A model generated the notes under the pieces. The model was given only the letters and a program-made list of their open reading frames with translations, ran no database searches and had not been told where the DNA came from. The position numbers and the translations under genes were made by a program. Shown one piece after another: positions 16,488-24,000 of a DNA stretch of 24,000 nucleotides. This stretch comes from Methylobacter sp. GTDB taxonomy: Bacteria; Pseudomonadota; Gammaproteobacteria; Methylococcales; Methylomonadaceae. The DNA lies in the NCBI GenBank assembly GCA_028716975.1, contig JAQUOU010000013.1, forward strand, positions 14,721-38,720, written 5' to 3'. Each line of letters begins with the position of its first letter. Positions within the stretch are counted from its first letter, which is position 1.

Positions 16488-17270
16488 TCACCTTGCCTGA
16501 ATGCCGGCCTTTGCCTGCAGATAGATGGCGGCCTCATACCAGGTAAACATCAATGCAAACTCCAGGCCTGCAAAGCCGTCCCTAAATCCGCTCCGAAGTA
16601 TGAAGTGGTATAAAAACCGGGCAAGAATCCTGAGCCAGGATCGCCCCCATAAGACGCTTAACCGTCCGCGCCTGGTCATTACCGCACCCGCAGTAGGCTG
16701 AAGCTGCACTTCTTGCGCGGCCTTATCGACATGCTTATGCATCCATTCGATGATCTCGCCATGATAAAAATAATGTTCATAGGGAATAGCGGAATACCCG
16801 ATCCGGCACGTATTCATGACGGCTTCGCCGTGCCCGGTGTGATTGCGGACAAAGCCGGCCGTTTCCCTGCGCACCAGTCTCGGGTGGTAAATAGGATAGC
16901 CGGGGGCGTGATTCAGGCGTTTGCCGCGAAGATAAAGTATCGACGGCACCATCACCACATCAATTGAATCGGACTCCGCCATTCCGGATTCAAACCAATC
17001 GTAAAACGTCTGCGGGTAGATTTCGTCGGCATCGACGAACAATATCCATGCCGTGCTTATATTGCATTGCCTGATGGCAAAGTTGCGCTGTTCGGCAAAG
17101 CCGGGCCACGGATTCGTATAAATTCCGCAGCCCCGGCTTTTGGCGATGGCAACCGTATCATCGGTGCTTCCCGAGTCTACAACAACGATGGGATAGCGTT
17201 CCGGAATAGCCGCCAGACAACGCGGCAGATTGGCTTCCTCGTTTTTAGTCAAAATAACGACAGTTAGCAT
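16488..17270 (-). CDS. Glycosyltransferase family 2 (WaaE/KdtX-like)
   Basis: Contains LTVVILTKNEEANLPRCL, VVVDSGSTDDT, FAEQRNFAI, FVDADE and a C-terminal RSGFRDGFAGLEFALM. Confidence 0.8.
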   Translation of the reverse strand: MLTVVILTKNEEANLPRCLAAIPERYPIVVVDSGSTDDTVAIAKSRGCGIYTNPWPGFAEQRNFAIRQCNISTAWILFVDADEIYPQTFYDWFESGMAESDSIDVVMVPSILYLRGKRLNHAPGYPIYHPRLVRRETAGFVRNHTGHGEAVMNTCRIGYSAIPYEHYFYHGEIIEWMHKHVDKAAQEVQLQPTAGAVMTRRGRLSVLWGRSWLRILARFLYHFILRSGFRDGFAGLEFALMFTWYEAAIYLQAKAGIQAR

Positions 17271-17279
17271 AGGGTTTGC

Positions 17280-18227
17280 TTAAAGCTTCTTGACAGCATA
17301 TAAATTGATGTAGATGCCGAGTCCGAAAAAATTCATCAACCCGCCAAACGGGGCTTGCGCGAGCTTTACCAGCGCATCAACAAAAGCAGCCGGCCTTCCT
17401 TTCATGCGCAGCCTTTTGGATAACGCATTGGATGGAATCCGGGTTATTTGCTCTACCTTAGCCACACTAAAACCATTTCGCTCCACCAAGGCTATTAATC
17501 CATTCCGGGTAAAGTAATTGACATGCTCAGGCACCCATAGACAGGCGTTATCCTTCGTGCCCAGCAGTTTGACTAAAAACGAATCATAATTAGGCACGGC
17601 GCAAGCCAAAACGCCACCCGGAGCCAAGAGCCCCGCCACCTTTTTTATAGCCTGATCCGGCTCAAGAAGATGCTCCAATACCTGCGACATCATCACCACT
17701 CCAAACTGCTCGGATGATTCATAATTTTCGAACATCATGGCAAGCGGATCCTCGCCATTCAAATTCCTGAACACTTCGTTTTCATATTCGCCCGGATTGA
17801 TGCTGACCGTCCGGTAGCCCAATTTTCTGAGCGCCTGCGTATAAAAGCCAAAGCCCGAACCAATATCAAGAGCCTTGCCAAAACCCGAAACATTAAACCA
17901 GTCGGCTTGATGACTCATCCGTTCCGCATCCATTTTGCAGTTGGGAAACTCCGTTTCCCGGATCAGCACGGCTTCCAATGTTATCGCTTGAGTCAGCGCC
18001 TGACCGGAGTATTGATAGATGGATTGCAGCCATTGTTCATGGGGAGGACGATTCAAAAAACCGGTACCGCAGCTATCGCAACGGTAAATATGGAATTCCT
18101 TAAAGTTCGCGCCTGCCGTATATTGAAAGTTTTTTTGGCGCCAATAACTTATTTTCCCGCTTCCACAAGCTACACATTTATGTAAAACATCGCCATATAT
18201 GCCTGAAGCCGTTGCCGCATAAGTCAT
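17280..18227 (-). CDS. Class I SAM-dependent methyltransferase with an N-terminal CxxC...CxxC zinc-ribbon-like element
   Basis: Contains CVACGSG...YRCDSCGTGF, then ALDIGSGFGFY (SAM motif I) and LAPGGVL. The track start at 18254 is a GTG. The ATG at 18227 has GGAGG 8 nt upstream. Confidence 0.8.
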   Translation of the reverse strand: MTYAATASGIYGDVLHKCVACGSGKISYWRQKNFQYTAGANFKEFHIYRCDSCGTGFLNRPPHEQWLQSIYQYSGQALTQAITLEAVLIRETEFPNCKMDAERMSHQADWFNVSGFGKALDIGSGFGFYTQALRKLGYRTVSINPGEYENEVFRNLNGEDPLAMMFENYESSEQFGVVMMSQVLEHLLEPDQAIKKVAGLLAPGGVLACAVPNYDSFLVKLLGTKDNACLWVPEHVNYFTRNGLIALVERNGFSVAKVEQITRIPSNALSKRLRMKGRPAAFVDALVKLAQAPFGGLMNFFGLGIYINLYAVKKL

Positions 18228-18322
18228 AGTATTACCCTCCGATGTGCTGTTCACAAAACAAGTAGATTTTAAAAAAAATTTTATTCACCGGAAACCCCGG
18301 GCTAAGTTCCTGGTCCTGTCTC

Positions 18323-18356
18323 TCCTGAGCGCAGTCGAAGGGCTCAGGACGAACGG
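18323..18356. repeat. Family-A repeat copy with an 8-bp hairpin (TCCTGAGC gcagtcgaagg GCTCAGGA, followed by CGAACGG)
   Basis: The stems are 18323-18330 and 18342-18349, followed by GAACGG as in the other copies. It lies in the 182-bp spacer between wzx and the methyltransferase gene. Confidence 0.5.
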
Positions 18357-18436
18357 AATTTGATAGGGCCATAACTGCGGTTTAGGATAAATGGAATCAA
18401 CCCATTCAGAAATTCCGTCAACGGTTAACAAAACCA

Positions 18437-19762
18437 TCAGGCCGTAGCCTTACAGTTTGAACCATCCTGTTCCGCCTGACCCATTGCCTCCTGCTGCCCG
18501 GAGCTGATCCGCCAAGGTTTGGCCAGCATCGTCAAAACCAGCGCCTCTACGCCGAAGTAGATGGGGTTGGCCATGGCAGCGCCCGGTAAGCCGAAATTTT
18601 TTACCATCAGCGGAATGCTGATCGCCGCCGTCATTACTCCGCATAAGCGCCCCGCCAATAACACCTGCGTCCGTTTATTTGCCAATAGCGGTTGAGCCAT
18701 GACCGTGCCCAAGGCATGCAATGCGCACCCGATGGCCATGGCCGGCATTAACTCAACTGCTGAATGATATGATTTTGCGAGCACCATCGATGCCACCCAA
18801 TCCCTGGTAATAAGCAATAACGACACGCCGATGAGTCCCACAGCAAAAACACAACTTATCCATATCCATAAAATCCTGAAGCCTTCGTTATTCCGGTTCA
18901 GGGAACATGACTGAAAATAAACCGGCTGAAATAGTCGCAGCAAAACCATTGCGCTGCGATTGAACGCCTCGTTGATTATCACGTAAGCAGCTACGTATAA
19001 ACCTACTTCCGCAGGCGTCATGAAATAGCCGATCACATAGCGGTCACCCAAGCCATTAACCCAAAATATTAATTCCATCGGAATTAGCGGCAAGGCATAG
19101 GCCCAGACATCACTCCTGAAATTACGGGTGATGCCGAGGCGCTTCATTTTATCGGCTTTCTCGCCCCGGACAAACGACCAAACCGTATTAGAAACCAGGC
19201 TTGCCGCGATGTAACCCAGCAACACCCACTCTGCCTTTTGGCCTGCGAACCCTACCAGCGAAATTGCCAATAACGGACGCAGAATGCTGTCGCTGGTCTG
19301 CCATAGGCTGGCGCCGAGCTGTTTACGTTCGCCGATCAGCAACTGTATGCCCAGCTCGCGGCGAACGGTTACTGCCAGCAGGATGCCTGTCAGCACAAAC
19401 GGCCAAATATCGGTATGCGTGATGTAGCCGTATACAGCCCCCGCCAGCACCAGCAGAATCATCGCTAGAGCGGTTGATCCAGCTGTCAGGCCGGCCACAA
19501 CTTTATATAAACCCGCACGTTCCTCTTCGTTTATGCATTCCGGCCCTATCCTCATTCCGGCGCATATAAAAGGATACGAAAAAACCGCCACGCCAAGCGC
19601 GACAAAACCATTCAACAAAGCCACCTGCCCGTATATATCGGGCGAGACCAGTTCGGTCAGGACGCGAGTGCCCGCCAGCAACGCAATGCCGGATGCCAGT
19701 TGTCCAAACAGCGCCCAAAATGCGTCGCTGAATAATCGTCTTTCTTTCAATAGTCCGGGCAT
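18437..19762 (-). CDS. wzx: Polysaccharide/oligosaccharide flippase (Wzx-like, MOP superfamily)
   Basis: A 441-aa protein that is hydrophobic throughout, with at least 10 predicted TM stretches by eye. It sits between Wzy-like and transferase genes in a Wza/Wzc locus. There is no enzymatic motif; the call rests on topology and context. Confidence 0.7.
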   Translation of the reverse strand: MPGLLKERRLFSDAFWALFGQLASGIALLAGTRVLTELVSPDIYGQVALLNGFVALGVAVFSYPFICAGMRIGPECINEEERAGLYKVVAGLTAGSTALAMILLVLAGAVYGYITHTDIWPFVLTGILLAVTVRRELGIQLLIGERKQLGASLWQTSDSILRPLLAISLVGFAGQKAEWVLLGYIAASLVSNTVWSFVRGEKADKMKRLGITRNFRSDVWAYALPLIPMELIFWVNGLGDRYVIGYFMTPAEVGLYVAAYVIINEAFNRSAMVLLRLFQPVYFQSCSLNRNNEGFRILWIWISCVFAVGLIGVSLLLITRDWVASMVLAKSYHSAVELMPAMAIGCALHALGTVMAQPLLANKRTQVLLAGRLCGVMTAAISIPLMVKNFGLPGAAMANPIYFGVEALVLTMLAKPWRISSGQQEAMGQAEQDGSNCKATA

Positions 19763-19780
19763 GGCGCTTATCTTTTAAAG

Positions 19781-21031
19781 TCAGGATGGGCGTCGGCAAT
19801 ACCAACCGGATACTTCCGAATTAGCCTGCAATGGGGATGAAACCGGCTTAAATCCGGTACCCAATACGGCTCCCCACAGGAACATCAGCATCGCGTTTTG
19901 CGGAAAATACTCCCACATATTGAAAGTCAGCCCGGCAACGAAGATAAACGTTATCACCAGTCCCTTGTTAGAGTGGACTGACATCCTTGTCGTTGTCCAT
20001 AAAAAGCATAGATATGCCAAAAGACCGATCAGGCCGTAACCGTTCAGCAAAAATAAATACAGGCTGTCGGAATCGAATTGCCCCTGAAAATGTTCCGCGC
20101 CATAGAGAATATTGATGGTATTGGAACTTAATCCCAGGCCCCAGCCGACCAGCAAGTCCGCAGGCTCATGGATTTGCTCGGAAAACACCTGTTGCCACAG
20201 GTCTATACGGCCGTCTTCGGTTGGGTTGGCGTCATCGCGACCGCTGAGCAAAGGGCTGGACGCCAGCAACAGCGCACCGACGGCAAGTATCGGCGCCGGC
20301 ATGACTAAAGCCCAGCGATCGCGCGGACGGAGCAGCGCGTAAACCTGGAAATACACCACCAGCAAAGAGCTGATGAACGCAGTTCGCGAACCGCTCAGCA
20401 AGGCCAATAATACGCTGACAGCTAACCACTTGCGCAGGCCCGGAACCAGCGAGAACAGTAAGGCGCAAGTCGCCATGGTGGCTCCAAACAGGTTGGGACT
20501 GACAAAAGTGCCGAACGGCCGCCCTCCGCCCAAGAATGACACCCCGAACAAGGGCGGCGCCCACACTGCCTGGGCTATTGCCAACACGGCCTGTAGAGCA
20601 ATGTAATAGCGCAGATAATGCGCGAACCGATAGATAACATAGCTACCTGCACCCAACCGGCTGGTCACGAAGCCGATCATTGCCAGCGGCAGGTATTCAA
20701 AAATGCGCAAGCCCGCCATCGGCACCACCAACGGCAAGTCCAGGTACAGCGCATAGCCAACCTCAAACAGCACATAACTAGCAATAACGCCTAAAAAAGC
20801 CAGCACCGCGCTGGACATTGTACCGCGCCGCAAGCGTGGTTCAAAAAAGGCGTAAGCTATCAGCACTATCAACATCGCCTCGCGAAGAATGCGTAAACCG
20901 AAATCCTGCTCGCCATACACCTCCTTAACCCCTGTCCAGGCTGACTCGACCTGTGGCAAAGAAGCCAGGGTCGACGCGCTGACCAGCGCGAACAGCAGAA
21001 CCGGCAAATCCTTTTCGAAGCGTAGTCTCAT
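19781..21031 (-). CDS. wzy: O-antigen ligase/polymerase family membrane protein (Wzy-like)
   Basis: A 416-aa polytopic membrane protein with the region LALLSGSRTAFISSLLVV typical of the Wzy_C/O-antigen-ligase domain. It starts 3 nt downstream of the wzc stop. Polymerase versus ligase cannot be decided from sequence. Confidence 0.65.
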   Translation of the reverse strand: MRLRFEKDLPVLLFALVSASTLASLPQVESAWTGVKEVYGEQDFGLRILREAMLIVLIAYAFFEPRLRRGTMSSAVLAFLGVIASYVLFEVGYALYLDLPLVVPMAGLRIFEYLPLAMIGFVTSRLGAGSYVIYRFAHYLRYYIALQAVLAIAQAVWAPPLFGVSFLGGGRPFGTFVSPNLFGATMATCALLFSLVPGLRKWLAVSVLLALLSGSRTAFISSLLVVYFQVYALLRPRDRWALVMPAPILAVGALLLASSPLLSGRDDANPTEDGRIDLWQQVFSEQIHEPADLLVGWGLGLSSNTINILYGAEHFQGQFDSDSLYLFLLNGYGLIGLLAYLCFLWTTTRMSVHSNKGLVITFIFVAGLTFNMWEYFPQNAMLMFLWGAVLGTGFKPVSSPLQANSEVSGWYCRRPS

Positions 21032-21034
21032 CGC

Positions 21035-23407
21035 TTATGCCTGTACCTTGTCGTCTGTGTCTTCGGTAGACTCTGAGGTTAAAAGGTAGTCACGATCCTC
21101 GCGCTTGCCGAACCAGTCGCCCAGCGCCTGACAGCCTGCCATCCACGCAGGCGCGTTTTTAGCTTCATCATCAGTACGCTGATAGGCGTAGCCATAATAG
21201 GGATAATATGAAGAACTTTCTTTCATATCATTGATAATAAAACCATTCGGCTTCACGCCCACCTGTTGGAAGCGCCTAAAACTGACCTCCAGTTCCTGTG
21301 CCGTGTAGCGCCCTTCCTTGACTACCAGAAACGTGGCGTCGGCGTGCTTGCCCATTATGGCGGCATCGGTGGCGCCCAGAATCGGCGGTGAGTCGATCAC
21401 GATATGGTTGTAAAAACTTTTCAACTGCTCAAGCGTCTCCGCCAGATTCCCCAGAACCAGTAATTCCGCTGGATTCAGCGCCATACTTCCTCTCGGTATC
21501 AAATCCACCCCCACATCAGGCAGGCTTATGATGACGTCGCCTAGCGAAGCCCTGCCGGCCAACAGGTCGGAAAGTCCCGGTTGTTTTTCGACAGAAAAAG
21601 TTTCATGCAACCGGCCGTTGCGCATGTCGGCGTCTATGATCAGTACGCGCTTTTTGATGCTGGCCAGCAACGCGGCCAAATTGGTGCTGACAAAAGATTT
21701 GCCCATACCCGGCACCGGGCTGCTGACCATGATGACCTTGCTTTCGCCGCCGGCCAGAGTCGCTTCCAGAGTCGTGCGCAAGCCGCGCAGCGATTCAACG
21801 GAAATATCTAGCGGATCCTGGCTGACCAGGATGCCGGGTTGACGATCCCTGCCCTGGTCAATCAGGCGTGACAACCGGCGCTGCTTTTTACTATGAGGGA
21901 TGGCGGCATAGAGCGGCAATCCCACCTGATATTCCAGCAAGGCCGGATAATTGTCATGGCGCTGCAGGGAATGTCTTAGAAACACCAATGCCGCTCCCGC
22001 GCTCAATCCCAGTAAACCGGCGATAGCCAGTAATAGGCCCGGTTTTGGCCAATACGGTTTTTCCGGGGTTACGGCAAAGTCGACGATACGCGAGTTGCCC
22101 AAGGAACCTGCGGCGGCAATCCGCTGCTCCTGGGCGCTATTCAGCAGCGAGGTGTAAAGCTCGGTATTGACTTGTACATCCCGCGACAGGCTCACCATAT
22201 TCTGTTGAGTGCGCGGTAAATCTTTAATCCGCTTTTCCAAATTCGCCAGCTTGCGGTCGATGCGCTTGATTTGCGCCTGAGTGGCGATCATATCGGGATG
22301 AGCGGATTCAAGGCGCTGATTCTGCTCTTCGTATTTCTGTTTGAGTTGAATGCCCAGCGTCTCCATTTCGGAAGCCTGCTTAAGCAGTATTTCGGCCTCA
22401 GCGGATATATCGACGGCGCCATGCTGCTGTCTGTAAGCGCTCAAGCCCTGCTCCGCCTTTTCGAGCCGTTCTTTAATAATAGGCAATTGGCTTTCTAAAA
22501 AAACCAGCTTTTGCGATGCTTCCGCAGACTCCCAATTGACTGTCGCGTTGACATAAATGGCGGCGATGTCGTTGACTGATTTGGCAAGCTGCTCAGGATT
22601 TCGACCCTTAAGTTCGACGCTGAGAATGTCTGTGTCCTTGGAAACCTCCTTGACGGAAAATGCTTTTTGCAAGGTTTCAATGGCTGCCAACGAGGTTTTT
22701 CTGCTCAACTCGAAATGGGTGCCTGGATGAGCCTCAAGTTCTGCGAGCTTAATAACGGCAGGCGTAGTCTCGCCCATGTCGGCTGTCAGAGTTTCGCCTG
22801 TCCGCCCTTCGGCCAGGGCTTCATCCTTGGGACCAAGCAAGCGAAAGCGCCCTTCTTCCAAAGCGATCAAGGTAAACTCTTTATCCAGATAACGATCCGG
22901 CACGGTGAAGGCAGCGATCTTCAGCTTTTCGCCTCCCCAGGCCCAACGGCCGAATCCCCACCATGACGCTGCAATCCCGTCATGAGCGTCATGCCGGCGG
23001 GCCAGCGTCTCGCCGATAACCGGGAAATAATAAGGTGAATATTCCACCGTCAGGTTCAGATCATCCACCACCTTGCCGAGCACCGACCGGGAGCGGAGGA
23101 TTTCCACTTCCCGCTGAGCCCGTGGATTATCGGCTTCAGTCGTAGCCCCGTTCGCCTCGCTACGCAAGGGAGCTGCGAGCAGCGCCTTGTTCTTATCGAT
23201 ACGCAACAGCGCATCGGCCTGGTAGGTACGCGGCGCCAGCACCAAATAAACTACCGCCGCCAGCAGCACAGAAAGCAGCGTCAACAGAATGATCTTCCTG
23301 CCTTCGATCACCAGATCGATAGTGTCGCGGATACTGACGCCATGCTCTTCGATCCGTGAGAAATTCAGCGGCGGGAACAGGGGAGTAGCTTCATTCTGTG
23401 AATACAT
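21035..23407 (-). CDS. wzc: Polysaccharide co-polymerase / tyrosine autokinase (Wzc-like, PCP-2a), 790 aa
   Basis: Has an N-terminal TM plus a Wzz-type periplasmic coiled-coil region and a second TM (LLLAIAGLLGLSAGAALVFL). The kinase motifs are Walker A SPVPGMGKSFVSTNLA, A' VLIIDADMR and B IVIDSPP, with a Tyr cluster SSSYYPYYGYAYQ. Confidence 0.85.
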   Translation of the reverse strand: MYSQNEATPLFPPLNFSRIEEHGVSIRDTIDLVIEGRKIILLTLLSVLLAAVVYLVLAPRTYQADALLRIDKNKALLAAPLRSEANGATTEADNPRAQREVEILRSRSVLGKVVDDLNLTVEYSPYYFPVIGETLARRHDAHDGIAASWWGFGRWAWGGEKLKIAAFTVPDRYLDKEFTLIALEEGRFRLLGPKDEALAEGRTGETLTADMGETTPAVIKLAELEAHPGTHFELSRKTSLAAIETLQKAFSVKEVSKDTDILSVELKGRNPEQLAKSVNDIAAIYVNATVNWESAEASQKLVFLESQLPIIKERLEKAEQGLSAYRQQHGAVDISAEAEILLKQASEMETLGIQLKQKYEEQNQRLESAHPDMIATQAQIKRIDRKLANLEKRIKDLPRTQQNMVSLSRDVQVNTELYTSLLNSAQEQRIAAAGSLGNSRIVDFAVTPEKPYWPKPGLLLAIAGLLGLSAGAALVFLRHSLQRHDNYPALLEYQVGLPLYAAIPHSKKQRRLSRLIDQGRDRQPGILVSQDPLDISVESLRGLRTTLEATLAGGESKVIMVSSPVPGMGKSFVSTNLAALLASIKKRVLIIDADMRNGRLHETFSVEKQPGLSDLLAGRASLGDVIISLPDVGVDLIPRGSMALNPAELLVLGNLAETLEQLKSFYNHIVIDSPPILGATDAAIMGKHADATFLVVKEGRYTAQELEVSFRRFQQVGVKPNGFIINDMKESSSYYPYYGYAYQRTDDEAKNAPAWMAGCQALGDWFGKREDRDYLLTSESTEDTDDKVQA

Positions 23408-23484
23408 AGTCTTTCATATCTCAATTGTTTGAAAAGAAAACCCAATTCCATGAGGAATCCCTGAGCAAGTTGATCCCGCTCATG

Positions 23485-23600
23485 CTTCGACAGGCTCACC
23501 ACGAACGGAATCGACAGTCTGCCGTTCGTGGTGAGCCCTTCGATAAACTCAGGAGAGCCTTGTCGAAGGAAGCTTGTCAAAGGAAGCCTGTCGAAGGACT
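23485..23600. repeat. Family-A repeat, most complete copy: core, 15-bp perfect hairpin, then three tandem inverted cores
   Basis: The core CTTCGACAGGCT is at 23485-23496. The stem GCTCACCACGAACGG (23494-23508) pairs with CCGTTCGTGGTGAGC (23522-23536). The tandem units are AGCCTTGTCGAAGGA (23556-23570), AGCTTGTCAAAGGA (23571-23584) and AGCCTGTCGAAGGA (23585-23598). The last unit is the exact reverse complement of the 23485-23496 core. Confidence 0.65.
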
Positions 23601-23623
23601 GTGCAGAGACTCCTCAAATACCA

Positions 23624-24000
23624 TTACATCCCCATAAAGGCGGCGCGTGACATAATCGAGGTGAAAGATCCGGGCAGGATTTGGTTGAGAACCCGGGACC
23701 ACTTGGTAACGCCTGCGGTGCCTACGAACACGGTATCATGCGCTTGCAAGGCAAACTGATCAGCCAGAATCAGGGCGTCGGGGGATTCCGCATTCAGCTG
23801 GAAAATCTCGGGATTCATATCGCCTGGCCGAATCACATAAACTTTTTCCGGCCTCGAACTATTGAAGTCAACGCCATAGGCTTCCGCCAAAGCTTGTGAA
23901 AGCGACAGTTTGCCCTTGTTGATCTGCAGGGCCTGCTGCCTGCCGACTTCGCCCATCATTAACACTTTGTTGTCCTTGCGGTCGGGGATATTCAGCACAT
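23624..24000 (-). CDS. wza: Polysaccharide export outer-membrane protein (Wza-like), C-terminal about 125 aa; the 5' end lies beyond the window
   Basis: The frame is open to the window edge, and the 'M' in the track is an internal GTG. The SLBB-like pattern VLMMGEVGRQQALQINKGKLSLSQALAEAYGV...VYVIRPG...DTVFV is followed by a C-terminal amphipathic segment. It lies upstream of wzc. Confidence 0.75.
   Translation of the reverse strand, partial: VLNIPDRKDNKVLMMGEVGRQQALQINKGKLSLSQALAEAYGVDFNSSRPEKVYVIRPGDMNPEIFQLNAESPDALILADQFALQAHDTVFVGTAGVTKWSRVLNQILPGSFTSIMSRAAFMGM

Noticed and set aside
1310-18254. N-terminal extensions implied by the ORF-track starts at 1318, 11343, 15638, 16491 and 18254
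   Set aside because: Four of these starts (1318, 16491, 18254 and the edge ORF at 23998) are GTG codons reached only because the frame stays open; I did not check the codons at 11343 and 15638. The extensions would overlap the upstream gene by up to 58 nt. Downstream ATGs at 1309, 15560, 16482 and 18227 have strong Shine-Dalgarno sequences, and the ATG at 11289 has ATGA stop-start coupling. These give N-termini typical of each family.
23251-23258. Exact ops/JUMPstart core GGCGGTAG (minus strand) near the 5' end of wzc, which could imply RfaH-dependent antitermination
   Set aside because: It lies inside the wzc coding sequence (codons for the first TM helix), not in an untranslated leader. 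An 8-mer is expected about 0.7 times by chance in 48 kb of two-strand sequence.
23556-23598. Short tandem repeats considered as a possible CRISPR array or minisatellite
   Set aside because: There are only three directly abutting units of 14-15 nt with no spacers, and they are copies of the family-A core. No cas genes are present, and there is no CRISPR-like repeat-spacer structure anywhere in the window.

Overview
All 20 supportable genes in this 24-kb window lie on the minus strand. GC content is mid-range. The organism is probably gammaproteobacterial, but I cannot identify it from the sequence alone. All family assignments come from motifs and from alignments recalled from memory, not from searches.

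In transcription order (high to low coordinates) the window holds five blocks:
1. 24000-13442: a Wza/Wzc/Wzy/Wzx-type exopolysaccharide or capsule locus, with a SAM methyltransferase and four glycosyltransferases.
2. 13018-9589: a tightly coupled four-gene cassette of AS3MT-type ArsM, a TIGR04283-like transferase, a TIGR04282/DUF2064-like transferase and radical-SAM ArsS. This is the arsenosugar-type organoarsenical signature. No ars resistance genes accompany it.
3. 9588-8563: a gene-free 1-kb spacer filled with two families of hairpin-forming repeats.
4. 8562-1442: a five-gene putative operon. It encodes a Cys/His-rich 62-aa miniprotein, a PoxB-like TPP enzyme, a mandelate-racemase-subgroup enolase-superfamily enzyme, a 965-aa FAD/Fe-S/CCG 2-hydroxyacid dehydrogenase, and an SDR with a hydrophobic C-terminal tail.
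5. 1309-1: a homolog of the Anabaena sensory rhodopsin transducer (ASRT), translationally coupled to a GH39 glycoside hydrolase that runs off the window.

One interspersed repeat (core TTCGACAGGCTCA with CGTTC/GAACG arms) occupies five intergenic spacers. I found no rRNA, tRNA, CRISPR array, transposase or integrase.

The best candidates for new biology are the stand-alone organoarsenical cassette with its two uncharacterised transferases, the miniprotein/TPP/enolase/FAD-FeS/SDR operon, and the rhodopsin-less ASRT-GH39 pair.
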